Shown here piece after piece: positions 13,539-26,649 of a DNA stretch of 64,000 nt; position 1 is the stretch's first letter, and each line of letters starts with the position of its first letter. This DNA comes from Octopus sinensis (lineage: Eukaryota): NCBI RefSeq assembly GCF_006345805.1, contig NC_042998.1, positions 96,038,001 through 96,102,000 on the forward strand, given 5' to 3'. The notes beneath the pieces were generated by a model. It ran no database searches, was not told where the DNA came from, and saw only the letters and a list, made by a program, of their open reading frames with translations. A program made the position numbers and the translations under genes.

Positions 13539-13795
13539 ATATATATTTGTATATATATACATATATATTTTAAATTTATAAGTTTAAATTATTTAAATAA
13601 TTTTTTAATTTTTAACTTTTATATTTTAAAATTAATTTAATGTATGGCTTATGTTTTTCACTGTTTGATTGCCTAATAGTGGTTTTATCTCTAATTTAAT
13701 ATGATATAATATAATATATTTATACTTAAAATTAGATTTAATCCTAAATCTAATTTTTCCCTGTAAGTTTCGATGTATTCCCTAATATTATATAT

Positions 13796-13858
<63 letters not shown>

Positions 13859-13883
13859 AATAAGCAACAAGAATGACTCCGGT

Positions 13884-13974
13884 AATTTGGTACGATCGTT
13901 TCGTACTACATCATTTTATTAAATGTTGTAAGTATTACAACAGTTTTAAAATGCTGAGCACTCGTCAGCCAATT
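13884..13974 (-). ncRNA. Type I hammerhead ribozyme, intact core
   Basis: Minus strand: aattgg-CTGACGA-gtgct..catttta..tgttgtaa tac ttacaaca..taaaatg..agtac-GAAA-cgatcg-TA-ccaaatt. Confidence 0.85.
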
Positions 13975-14019
13975 ATAGAGGTTTTCCATTAATACAAAAA
14001 ATTTCATATCAAGTGGCAA

Positions 14020-14118
14020 CATTATAGAGAAGGTAGATATATAGACAAAGATGTGGATTTAAATGTTCTTAAAATTTAAATCCACATCTTTGTCTATATA
14101 TCTACCTTCTCTATAATG
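14020..14118. repeat. Perfect inverted repeat, 45-bp arms and 9-nt loop
   Basis: cattatagagaaggtagatatatagacaaagatgtggatttaaat / gttcttaaa / exact reverse complement. Confidence 0.97.
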
Positions 14119-14258
14119 TGCAAAGGGGAAGAAGGAAGGAGGAAAAAATCGTCAACAGTCCACATGAAGTTACATTTCCGAAGTGACCAGAAGTAGAAGG
14201 AATGAAGAGAAAGTGTTTTCTGGGACAGGAGAGTGTGAAGATAGTCGGTATGTGTGTG

Positions 14259-14303
<45 letters not shown>

Positions 14304-14525
14304 GTGTGTGTGTGGTAGCGCGCGCGTATGTGTGTGACAATAACTACGAGTGTGTGTGAGTACGTGGTAGCGTGTGTGAGTTTGGTGTGTGTGTGTGTTT
14401 GTGTGAATGGGTGGTTGTGGTTGTTTGTATGTGTGTGTATGTTTTGGCATGTGTGCGTAGACAGAGTAGGAATGTTTATACATGTGTTGTGTGCGCACGT
14501 GTATATGGGTGCGTATGTTTGTCAC

Positions 14526-14567
<42 letters not shown>

Positions 14568-14571
14568 GCTG

Positions 14572-14602
<31 letters not shown>

Positions 14603-15164
14603 CTGTGTACGTGTGTGCGTGTGGAGATGTGTCTGTGCGTGCGTGTGAGTGTGTGTGGAAGTATATGTGCGTTCATGTGTGTGTGTGTGCGTGTATGTGT
14701 GTGTGTGTGTGTGTGTGTATCTGAGTGCACACGCGTTTGTATGTGCGTGCGTGCGTGAGAGGTAAAGAGGAGTGTGTGCAGGTGCTTTGGTGTAGCCAAG
14801 AGTATGGGTATTATGTGTGCGGGCGTGTATTTGTGTGTGTGGAAGTGCGCCCGTGTGTGTGTGTGTGTGTGTGTGTACGTGTCTGCGTGTGTGTGTGTGT
14901 ATGTGCGCACGAGTGTTTGTGTGGTGTGTGGTATAGGAATATAAAAATAATACAAATAAATAATGAAAAATAAAAATTAGTAATAATAAAAAATAAATGA
15001 AAACGATTATGTGAATAAACCATTTTCAGAAATAAAAATTTTGTAAATCAACAAAAAATCAATAACAGAAATAGGATCAGTAACAAATAAATAGAAATTA
15101 TAAAAAATAAAATAATAAAAAAATAAACGAATAAAAATTAAGACTGAGTAAAACGTTTTTTTAA

Positions 15165-15872
15165 AAGGGGTGTGGGAAAAGTCACCAAGAGGAGGGAGTT
15201 GTGTTGATTCCGACTGAGTACGTAGAGAGAAAATAGAACACTGTTCTAGGCGGAGTCTAGAGTTGTAGGTGTAGGTGCAAGGCCAAAGATGGTGAAATCT
15301 AAAGTGGGGTGGTCGGCCAAGCGAAAATGACGGGCGACAGGGGTGTTCTTAGGTAGACGAACGTCTCATGGGCGTTCGGTGAACCGGTCGGCTAGCCGGC
15401 AGCTCGTCTGACCAACGTAAAGTTTATTGCAAAGATTACACCAGATGCAGTAAATGAGGCTTGAAGAAGTGCAGGAGGGTGTCTGCTCCAGTGAGGGAGG
15501 TGGTGTTGGCGATAAAAGGATAGGTGTGGCAACGGGGTTTGTAGCAAGAGGAGTCGGGTTGGGTTAGAATGGAATGGAGGTGGGAATGGAAGTACGGACC
15601 AGTAGGTTGCATAGGTTACGGACGTGTCTGGAGGAGGGCAAGGGTGGTTAGGGAAAATGGGGAGGGTGGTGGGGTCTAGCTGGAGGCGACGGAAGGTCTG
15701 CAGGAAGAAGGTGTAGGGTGGAGGGGTGGAAAGGTAGAGGAAACTGGATGTAGTTGGGGGATCGGTGTGGGGAAGGAGGGAAGGCGGTAGTGCGATCGAT
15801 TTGACGAGCGCGGGTAAGGGCAGTTTGGACAAGGGTGGAAGGGTATCCACGACGCATGAATAAGTGGGCCAA
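15165..15872 (-). mobile_element. Penelope-like retroelement remnant (RT thumb plus GIY-YIG endonuclease)
   Basis: Minus-strand peptides HLFMRRGYPSTLVQTALTRARQIDR and SCTSSSLIYCIWCNLCNKLYVGQTSCRLADRFTE..PVARHF match the PLE RT C-terminus and GIY-YIG signature. Confidence 0.9.
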
Positions 15873-15905
15873 GTATTGGACGGACAGATAGACAGACAGA
15901 CAGAC

Positions 15906-15989
<84 letters not shown>

Positions 15990-16397
15990 TTAGCTAATCC
16001 TTCAGTGAATGCCGAATGTCAGTGAACGACTCAATGCATTTCAAGCCAAACCTCCAGCCTAAACAGAGTAAATTTGTTTGAAGACTTTCCTATTTCTTTT
16101 CTTGTTCCACTTCCTCTAGTTTTTTTCATATAGGTTATTATACGACATAGAGGTTATACGAAACGCTAAATCCTCTTCTATTACTTTTCATTTGACGTAT
16201 TTATTTTCATTGAACGCACGCTTTGCTTATTGTTTCGTTTTGTTTTTCTATATTTTTTTTTTATACCTCGTGCTTCATTTGTGTAACTTCCGTATATTGT
16301 TTGCTTGACTGCGCTTTATTATCGGTTTCGTTTTACATGTTTGCTTTTTATACATACACACACACACACACACAACACACACACACACACACACACA

Positions 16398-16643
16398 GTA
16401 GCTTGCTTACGAACTACATAGTTCCGGGTTCAGTCCCACTGCGTAGCACCTTGTGCAAGTGTCTTCTACTATAGCCACGGGCCAACCAAAGCCTTGTGAG
16501 TGGATTTGGTTGACGAAAACTGAAAGAAGCCCGTCGTATATATATATAACAATTTTATATAGTCTATTGACTATTTTTTCTTTCTCACTTGACCGCTGGT
16601 AGCGGAGAATTTTTTCTAGAATTTTTTGCTACCCTAATTTATT

Positions 16644-16678
<35 letters not shown>

Positions 16679-17008
16679 ATATATATATATATATTATATA
16701 TATATCTTCTAATATCTATATATATATATATGTATGTATATAAAATATATATATATTATATATATAGATATATATTTATGCATGTGTGTGTGTATATGTT
16801 TGTGTGTCTGTGTTTGTCCCCCCAACATCGCTTGACAACTAATGCTGGTGTATTTACGTCCCCGTAACTTAGAGGTTCGGCAAAAGACACCGATAGAATA
16901 AGTACTACGCTTACAAAGAATAAATCCTGGGGTCGGTGTGTTCGACTAAAGGCGGTGCTCCAGCATGGCCACAGTTAAATGACTGAGACAAGTAAAAGAG
17001 TAAAGAGT
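16398..17008 (+). mobile_element. tRNA-SINE family B with expanded and interrupted internal (TA)n/(TG)n
   Basis: gttccgggttcagtcccactgcgt..ccttg..caagtgtcttctactatagcc...ggcggtgctccagcatggcc..gtaaaagag tail. Confidence 0.88.
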
Positions 17009-17066
17009 ATACATCCATACATACGTACGTACCCACACGCGTACACACATACACATACATACACAC

Positions 17067-17097
<31 letters not shown>

Positions 17098-17120
17098 CAC
17101 ACATACACATACATACACAC

Positions 17121-17151
<31 letters not shown>

Positions 17152-18035
17152 CATACATACATACATACATACATACATACATGATGGCTGCAAACTCGTG
17201 TTCAAGTATTCTCATCGCCTGATCGAAAGACCCACATATGCGAAGGCTACGGCCAGCCATTTTCATGATAGGACTTACTTTTCTTTTCTTTGAAGCTTTG
17301 CATATGCATAATGAACGTTTATAGTTAGGAAAGGGTTTACACAAATCCAATCCCACTCTCTGAACATGAACAGCATAAACTCCAAAAGAAGAACTAGTTT
17401 ACATCATTGAATATTGTCAGTGTCGCAGGTTTTCTCTCAGTTTCTCTCTCCTAGAGAGATGTGACAACAACAGAAGAATCTCCCACTCCCAGTGGGCCAA
17501 CCGCGCACTTGGATACCAACCTAGGAACTTCCACGTCTCCGCGCATACATACATACATGCATAGATACACATGTACAGATATTTTTGGATGCCCCTTGAC
17601 TTCTCATGAGCTCTTCCGCTCTTTGACATATCTTACTTTTATTTCCTGCAAGGAGTTCAACAATCACCCTCCTCACTAATGAAGCTTGATGGGGTTGCCA
17701 GTTCAGTCGCCGACGACCCGACCATGCAGCAGTTTGTATTGGTTTACATGTTACTAGTAGCGCTCAAGAGCGACCTGACATACATACATACATACATACA
17801 TACATACATACATACATACATACATACATTTAGTTGGAAGAATACGAATAACAACAACAACAACGCCAAAATTAAAAGTTTGTATTGTTTTTTAAGTAAA
17901 ATTCATAACTATATTTGGATACTTATACTCCCCACCCCCACCTCATTAACTTTCATCTTCTTTGAATTAGCTTCATGATCCCAGAATTTGGCATCTCTAC
18001 GGTCATGATCAAGCGTATCTATCTATCTATCTATC

Positions 18036-18130
<95 letters not shown>

Positions 18131-18379
18131 CTCTCTGTATGTATATGTGTGTGTGTGTGTGACTGTGTGTGTGTCTGTGTGTATACGGGGTGAATCAAGA
18201 TGTAAATATAAAGAGACTGATTTTCTGATTCACCTTCGTATAACTATATGAATGTGTGTGAGGATGTGTTGACTTAACTTATTAACAGTTGCATGTATTA
18301 AAGTCAGTTTATACTTCAAACTAAAAGTCAGAATAGACGCTCTACATCGTAACTGATCGCAAGTACCCCCACCCCATCT

Positions 18380-19130
18380 GCATGGACGGTTGAATGTGAC
18401 CGGTTCAAACAAGTTGATAATGTGACGTACCTCGGGTGATCATTCATGGCCAATTCAGAAAGGGAGCTGTTTGCCGAAAAAGTGCTAAATAGTATGAAGA
18501 TTACATGGACTTCTGGCATCGCCAGATAACTCAAGAAAATTATCTTTATATCTAGAATCGAAACATCCTCTTGTACGGACGTGAAACTTGGACCTTCGCT
18601 AAGCCCATGAGGAAGTCTTTTGGTGTTTGTTACACGCGAATACTTAAGATGACCCACGTCGTTCGCATTGTTCGGTAGATGAAGAAAGTGTTCAATGAGT
18701 CAATTTGACGAACATGCGACCAGGAAGGTAGCCGAAACATACCTGTGACACACTAGTGTAGCTAGAGTGTGTGCGGCCCGGGGCGGCCCTTCCGTTTTAT
18801 GCCCTTTGACTCCACAAAAATATACATAATGCCTACAGCAGATCCAAAAGTGGTGCCCCTTTAAAAGTGCCACCCCTACCACTAGTGCTGTGACACCTAG
18901 AATGATTATCCCCACCATCAGTCAAGTGGTCATTTGAGAATCGATTCCTATCCATGATCAATGACCTAATCAAGGTCAGTGGTGACGCAGTTGCTGGTGA
19001 ACCTACGTCATTGAAGGTGGAACGGAATACGTGGATCATCTGTTAGCATACCCGATGCAAGTGAAATAACAACAATGATGACAATAACGACGACGGTGAT
19101 GTCGACGATGACGAGGATATTGATGGCTGA
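18380..19130 (+). mobile_element. Decayed RTE-clade LINE 3' portion
   Basis: Plus-strand fragments FKQVDNVTYLG and ILLYGRETWTFAKPMRKSFGVCYTRILKM are typical of RTE RT C-termini; trinucleotide-like tail. Confidence 0.75.
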
Positions 19131-19410
19131 CGCTCTTCACTAATTGAAATAAAAATTTAAAATATGTTTATGTTATTTGTTTTCAAAATGACATTGATGA
19201 CGTCAATGCAAATTGTAATTGTGACAATGCAACCACAGCAAGGTTTCTGCGACTGCGCTGTTAACGTTTTTCCCTCTTGCGCAATAGATGTGTGGCTGTA
19301 CATTGTTTTTCTACCACAAAACCGTCACTCTGACAGCTCTTACAAACTGAATTAAATGAAAGCCAGCTAGGGACCCTTTTGTAATTTCTTTCGTATAGAT
19401 TGGTTTAAAG

Positions 19411-19659
19411 CAGTGGTTCTCAACCGGGACCCATAAGAATCTTGAGGGTTCATATAAGATTTTATTGTGAACATTTATGCACAATAAATTGTTTATATTT
19501 CTACAATACACAAAATCTTTTAACAGACATTTTATACATTTAATAGTATTTAATTATAAAAATATAAGATTTTATAAACGTCGAATGCCTATGGAGATCC
19601 ATTTCAGTAACAATGGGAATCAAAGGGATCCCTAGGCAAAAAATGGTTGAGAACCACTG
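19411..19659. mobile_element. hAT (Charlie-like) MITE
   Basis: TIR CAGTGGTTCTCAACC / GGTTGAGAACCACTG; 8-bp TSD gtttaaag / gttcagag. Confidence 0.92.
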
Positions 19660-19879
19660 GTTCAGAGGAAGAGGATGTGTCCACCCACTACGCAGGCACG
19701 CCTGGGTTTGTGAGATCGATGGAGTTGATTTTCTTAAATGATTGAAATTTTTCGACTAGAGCAACAATCAAATAAATAAACATGGACTAGGAGGGATGAG
19801 AATTGTAAAGGATGATGTTCCGGAGAAGAAGGGTTGGCTGGGGGAGGGTTGGTGCTGAGCCTCGAGTGAAAGTGATTAC

Positions 19880-20230
19880 AGGTGACAAGATGAGGAAGGA
19901 AGAAAGACGAGTGACTAGCATATGCCTGAGTGATGAAGTTTTGAAATGAGACAGGCCCATGGATCAAGGGCCATTGTTGCTGCGGTAATAGGATGGGGTA
20001 GGAAGACAACATGACCAGAAGTTTGAAGATGTCTGTCTGAGCAGAATTTGCAACAACAGCAGCTGCAACAGCACCCACTCCAAATATGGGAGTAATATTG
20101 CAATGTGGGTCCCATTTAAGTTTTATACAGTATCAGCAATTGTTGGAATCAGAAATATATTTGGGATCTAAAGTGGAGGGCCAATCTTTGGCGACATAGT
20201 CAAAACTGCATGCATGGATTGTGGACGTGA
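19880..20230 (-). mobile_element. Decayed LINE RT fragment (CR1/L2/Jockey group)
   Basis: Minus-strand LYKT*MGPTLQYYSHIWSG resembles the RPxLEYCSxIW motif. Confidence 0.6.
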
Positions 20231-20547
20231 GTGAGATCGACTGGAGAGACTGCTAGCACTTGTGATGAAAATCGTAGTATTTAAAGACACTTTGAGGATT
20301 TTAGATGGGCGTTGTTCATTACCAGAGTAGCTTCCTAGTTACGTGTAAAGACTGTACTTGCTGTGACTTAGCGAATAGGAGAGCAAGGAGAGCGACCGCT
20401 TCCCCGAACACATTTTTCAAAATTGGTGCATTTTCAATATTGCTTTGAACTCTTCTAGTTACTTATATCAGTAGGTGTAAATTTTATGCATGATGACATT
20501 GTTGCTGAAACATGAAATTAATAAATGTAAAACACAATAACGTATAG

Positions 20548-21015
20548 TAGTTTGAGGAAAAAGTTCGTGCGCCGAACTTGTGCCGAATGGTCGCACAATC
20601 AACGCTGAACTTTGTCGAAAACGCGCTTTGTTTCTACATGACAATGCAAAGCTGCATACTGCCAGAAAGACCAGCAACAAGATTGAAGAATTGGACGGTG
20701 TGGAAGTTCTGCCGCATCCAGCCTATAGCCCAGGCGTTGCTCCATCTGACTACGGTCTCCTCCGAGCAATGCAGCTTTTTATAAAAGGTCGTAGATTTGA
20801 GTCAATCGATGAAGTTGAAGAAGCCTGTCAAGAATTTTTCGATTCAATGCCGAATGATTGATACTTTGACCAAATCCGAAAGCTTGGAGATCGTTGGCAG
20901 AAGGTCGTGGAAAATGATGGTCTTTATTTTGAAGAATAGTTGTTGTTGTTTTTGAAATTATTGTATTAAAAAGATCATTATTTTAACACGGCGCACGAAC
21001 ATTTTTCTCAACCTA
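20548..21015 (+). mobile_element. Internally deleted mariner (DD34D) element with both TIRs
   Basis: TIR tagtttgaggaaaaagttcgtgcgccg pairs with cggcgcacgaacatttttctcaaccta; peptide LHDNAKLH..LPHPAYSPGVAPSDYGLL..RWQKVVENDGLYFEE*. Confidence 0.93.
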
Positions 21016-22676
21016 GTTTTATAAATAATGAAATATTTCGCGTAATATAAGAGAAATGAGTTTAAAATTGTTTGGTATGTGTCACGGCGCCTTTTTTTAT
21101 GTGCTCGCTCCTCCTGACTTTAGACCCTGGTTACACCTCTGCGTGCTGCTGAATAATTACTATAAACTGTCTCATTAGAGAATGCTTACGAAGATTCAGC
21201 GTAGATTTGGCGTGTATGCTGACGACACTTGTGAACTGGAGGTTGAGACGATGTTCTCCACAGACTCCCAGGCTTTTGAAAGGTTTCTTCTCACTAAATT
21301 GATTTTATTAGCTAACAACGATGCCATTTTCCCAGTTTTACCTGTTAGTTGAAATATGTATGTAACTGAATAGTTATATGTAACCAATTATGCATTTTAA
21401 GCTAATTTCGAACACAGCACAGGGACCCCCCAGTACTAACTTTGGGGATATCCAGAGGGCTAGAGACATCAGGTTGAATGTGATCTGAAGGGAATTTTAC
21501 TGTTAAGAATGAATAGATATGTCATTTTTTCCCTCATTGTTTTGCCCGCTGATAATAGTTTAATACTCATTGATAGATATTAGCAATGTCAACGAATAAT
21601 TTATTTGCTGAATTTGATAAAAATGGAATTACCATTCTTGCTTAGGTTCAGAGATCTGGAGTTAGTGCTGGCTGAGAAGACATAATCATGGCGAAACAAC
21701 TATACCTCAGAGTTCTGTACATAAAACGAATCATTCGATTTGTAGCATTGTACGTTTTGATTAGTTTTCAGTGAACCGAGTTCATTATTTGTTTTCTTTT
21801 TTTTTCTCTTTTTTTTTAAAATCACAAACTGAATACGGTTCAACTCACTGTGTTGACGACCGTAGAAGAATGACGTGAATGTTATGCCATCCTGTACGTC
21901 CTACTTTTATTATGAAACTTCATAAAACTGTCTTTGTATAACATTAAATGTTCATCATATTAATCTTAAATTGCCTACCTCATTTTAGAATTAGTTAAAA
22001 AAAATAAATATATTTAAAAAACACTAATAATTTATTTCATCCACTGCATTCCACTCACGTTTCAAAACAGCATATTTTATAGTGTCAACATATGTGCAAA
22101 ATTACAATATTTTCAATGTTTATGATTAGTTTTTTTTTTTCGTTTCATCCTAGCTTGATTAGATAATTCTATATATTTACAATGATAAATAATTCTTGGC
22201 ACTTCTAGCATATTCCCTTCTTTTCAAATTGAGACGTCAATATGTTCTGCTTACGTTTGTTTCTGTATATTTGTGCGTAAGCTTGTAAATGCTTATGTGA
22301 GTAATTCAATCACTTAAAATAATAATTTCTGCACTGGAAGTGGCTATATATATATATATTTACAAACTAATTATTCATTAATCATCCCCAACTTGTAAAA
22401 TGCGTTTGATTTATTTGATTCTTATAATATAATTTTTATTTTAAATATTGACCTAAAAAATAAGTCGGGTGACTTTCATTTTTGCGGAGCTGTGCTTCTT
22501 TGCAGTTTCGCAATCTGGAAATATTCCAGTCAGCAGGGGCCTCTGAGTTTCTCACAAGAACGTTATGCATTTATAACCTTAAAGAATAGTATCGAAAAGA
22601 ACGAGTAAAAGCTTCCCTTAATATTTCCATACTTATAAATGGTAACTGTTACGATGGTGCTAACTTATCCACTAAA

Positions 22677-22877
22677 CTACAGTCCCTCCAAAATACGGGC
22701 GTAATCTTCTGTGAATCTACAGTTGCAATATCTTTGTTTATTATGCAGTTTTGTGGTGATGTGGCAAGCGATGTCCCTTCTGCTATAATTCATAAAATCT
22801 GTTTCGCGAATACATCTTATAAACAATCTTCGTGCGGCATCAAAACGAAATCGAAGTTGGTCTTTTTCGTGCCGGCG
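22677..22877 (-). CDS. Candidate terminal coding exon of an unidentified host gene (66 aa)
   Basis: Acceptor gttttctctctAG, then open frame RRHEKDQLRFRFDAARRLFIRCIRETDFMNYSRRDIACHITTKLHNKQRYCNCRFTEDYARILEGL*; lies in repeat-free sequence; no homolog recognised. Confidence 0.35.
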   Translation of the reverse strand, partial: RRHEKDQLRFRFDAARRLFIRCIRETDFMNYSRRDIACHITTKLHNKQRYCNCRFTEDYARILEGL

Positions 22878-23627
22878 CTAGAGAGAAAACTCAGTTTGAT
22901 AAACAGTAAAAAAAGTAAGGCGGAATTGTAGAACATGCATACAACCCTTTTTCGTTGTTTTCTTCCCGACGTTTTTGACAACGGTGATTCCGATTTTGCA
23001 GAAATTTTGCATTTTCCACCTTTACTGGGAAAAGAATAAAAAAACGGCATCTCCGTTGTCAAGAACGTTGGAATCTGAAGTGGAAAACAAAAACAAAACA
23101 AAACAAAAACGGTAGGGATGGGGATCAAAGTTGCTCTGTGATGAAGTAGACCTTTTGAATATACGTCAACCACCTGCTTTACATGTTTTTATCAAGTAGA
23201 GTTATTTTGTAATACAAGGGAAGTGGTCTGGCCGTAATATCCATTACGTAAGAATCACAAAAACTATCAGTTCATAAACTTCCTCTTGTATTATTTATTT
23301 TAACTTAATGTTTATATTTACAGATATTTTACAACAGTGCAATGTTTTTGTCATAATGAATTTGACATACTTTGAAACATTCCACTCATAAATTTTTTTA
23401 AAGATCCATCTTCATATGTATTATATTGTGTAGGGCAATGATTTGCGAGTGGGCTGTTGCAGTTATTTAACCCTAGGACAGATATGATTAAGCAGACCTA
23501 TAATCAAACGTATTTAGCCGGTTTTTTCCCTCATTTTCTTTTAAAGATACACTTTTCCTTTTTGAAAGTTATCTAAGACATTATCTAAAACGATCGTCTC
23601 TTATTTCAGACTATTTCAGACGCTTAA

Positions 23628-23838
23628 TCTTTATATATAAAAGTGAGGTTGTGTGCTGTCTGTCTCCTACGATTTAGATTCCTAACTACTCCCACATTTT
23701 GCGGTGCAGTTTAACCAAAACCGGGTATCTTATAGTCGTGATTCATATCGAGCCCTTCTGGGTATTAGCGCGCGTCTACGATGAGTCTACGATTTAAAAA
23801 AAAATTACCATCAATTTTTCCCATTTTTAATGCATTTT
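23628..23838 (+). mobile_element. Helitron 5'-end fragment (same family as 24618-25465)
   Basis: A|TCTTTATATATAAAAG start; reverse complement of 25250-25465. Confidence 0.8.
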
Positions 23839-24142
23839 TGGCATTTGAACTCAGAACGTAGCGGCAGGGCAAAATGATTAGCAGCATTTCCTTTGTCTCT
23901 ACGTTCTGAGTTCAAATTCCACCAAGGTTGACTTTGCCTTACCTCCTTTCGGGGTTGATAAAATAAGTACCAGTTGAATACTGAGGCCGATGTAACCAAC
24001 TTATCCTTCGCCCGAAATTGTACTAAAATTTGAAATAAATATTTTGGCTGCTGTGTCTTGCAGATCGAACAGTCAAGTATTCTTCATAGATGGAAATGGT
24101 GGTGATGGTGTTGGTGACTCTTTCTTTCTCTCTCCTACCAGT

Positions 24143-24262
<120 letters not shown>

Positions 24263-24288
24263 TCTATCTATCTATCTATCTATCTATC

Positions 24289-24338
<50 letters not shown>

Positions 24339-24378
24339 ATATCCCACCAGTATCTTGGTCTCTCTCTCCACCAGTATC

Positions 24379-24434
<56 letters not shown>

Positions 24435-24617
24435 GTCTCTCTCTCTCTCTCACCAGTCTCGGAAGCCTTGTATGGGGTCATGAACAGAACCTTCTATCTT
24501 GGCCAAAAGATTTTTAAAAATATATCAACAGGGAGCAAAAGTATCCCACTTATATATACATATTCCACTTATATACACATATTCCACTTACATACATATA
24601 TTCCACTTATATACATA

Positions 24618-25465
24618 CTAGCAGAATTGCCCGGCGTTGCTCGGTGCTGAATTGCTTGAAAGTACTGTTAATGATTGCACTGAATTATGATGATTATTCA
24701 GGCAAATATTGATATAAGCTTACGGTGGGAGATAAGGACTTAACGATCAAACGTGTGCCATTGCATTGTTTTGGGGGAACCAAATTTCTGATGAGCATTA
24801 TAGGGGCACCAACTTTAAGTTTGAGAAAGTGTGGTGGTAGTCCGGGGTGCTCAAAGGAATTGAGTACCTCTATTGGATCGTTGATGACGTCCTCTGGGTC
24901 AGGAGTTGTATCGATAGACTGATATACATAGACTTCCCCAGGAATGAGTTTTAGCATTTCATCATTAATATGGTGAACGTTTTATTCCTCGGGGCCAGTA
25001 TAGCCTTTTTGCCAATCCAATCCATATTCTGATAATTAGCTTGTAGATCTGGGAACACTGCATCTCTGAGATCAGAAGGCGTCTTAACAATGGTACAAAT
25101 GGAATCGATGGCAATATTACCATTTTCATCCCCTGGTATTTTGCCTTCGCCAAGTGCAAGGAGGGTGTGAGGAAATGCTGCTGATGTGATATTACGTCGC
25201 ATATGAGCACGCATATTGGTGTGAAGTTTGAGAGTTACTTCCGTTATTTAAAAAATATGCATTAAAATGGAAAAAAATGATGGTAAATTATTTGTAAAAT
25301 CATAGACTCATCGTAGACGCGCGCTAATACCCAGAAGGGCTCGATATGAATCACGACTATAAGATACCCGGTTTTGGTTAAAACTGCATCGCAAAATGTG
25401 GGGAGTAGTTAGGAATCTAAATCGGAGAGTAGACAGACACACAACCTTTCTTTTATATATAAATA
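24618..25465 (-). mobile_element. Internally deleted Helitron carrying PIF1-like helicase fragments
   Basis: Minus-strand 3' end ccgagcaacgccgggcaattctgCTAG|T (hairpin plus CTAG); peptides AILAPRNK and GLPPHFLKLKVGAPIMLIRNLVPPKQCNGTRLIVKSL. Confidence 0.93.
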
Positions 25466-25945
25466 TTTTCGTCCTAAAAAACTTTGTATGGATTGAATGG
25501 TTACCTCTATGGAAATATATACACGCACATTATACATACATGTGTGTATAGATGAATATATAAATACATTTAAATATCTATATACACTTTTGGGCGATCT
25601 TTCTGTTTCTTAGAGATAACTTTAGATCTTATTTTCGTGCTAAAAAACTTTGTATGGAGTGTGATGGTTACCTCTATGGAAATATATACACACACGTTAT
25701 ACATACATGTGTGCATAGATGAATATATAAATACATTTATATATCTATATACACTTTTGGGCGATCTCTGTGCTACTTAGAGATAACTTTAGATCTTATT
25801 TTCGTCTAAAAAAACTTGTGCGGAGTGAATGGTTACGTGTATGGAAATATATACACACACATTATACATACATCTGTGTATAGATGAATATATAAATACA
25901 TTTAAATATCTATATACACTTTTGGGCGATCTTTCTGTTACTTGG
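25465..25945. repeat. Tandem repeat, ~166-bp unit x ~2.9
   Basis: attttcgt(c/g)ctaaaaaact...cacttttgggcgatct recurs at ~25465, 25631 and 25798. Confidence 0.93.
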
Positions 25946-25952
25946 ATATAGG

Positions 25953-26394
25953 GGCGATGTTTCGCTTGTCGTAGCACACGTTTCCGTCGATTTCCGTAAA
26001 AAATGTAAACACTGAATCGGCCATACATACATACACACACACATACATACACACACACACACACATACATGCATACATACATACACATAAACCGAGTAAA
26101 AAATTTCAGTTATCTCTCTCTTCACCACATACTCTCTTCTGTCTCTTCACACACACTAACAGAAGCACTTCACTTACACAACATACTGTCTGTCTCCCAC
26201 ACTCCATCAAACACACACACACACACACACACATGTACATCAATGCGTCCCATGCACGGTAACTTCAAAAGAACTTCCCTCGTCATACAATCGCTTTCTC
26301 TTAGTCTCTTTCGCTCTCATTACTTATGTAAAAAAATAATTTTTTTACGGAAATCGACGGAAACCTGTGCTGCTACGACAAGCGAAACATCGCC
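25953..26394. mobile_element. MITE with ~50-bp TIRs inserted in the third satellite unit
   Basis: ggcgatgtttcgcttgtcgtagcac..tttccgtcgatttccgtaaaaaa pairs with ttttttacggaaatcgacggaaac..gctacgacaagcgaaacatcgcc. Confidence 0.85.
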
Positions 26395-26649
26395 GATATG
26401 GGTCTTATATTCGTCCTAAAATACTTTCCTGTCACACACTCACGCACACGCAACACACACAGACACACACAACACACACACGCACCCTCCACACACAACA
26501 CACGCACACACACACTCACACCACACGCACGTTAGCTTACAATTTTATTTATATATTTGCGTGTCTATGTGTGTAAAGAGGAAGTGGCAGACTGAAAGAG
26601 TCACTCACTACAAAAGGTGAATTACTTTCATTTTATTCCTTGCACACTG

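Noticed and set aside
20330-21140. Outer hAT-like element around the mariner (right end ctggttacacctctg)
   Set aside because: No matching left TIR or TSD could be established
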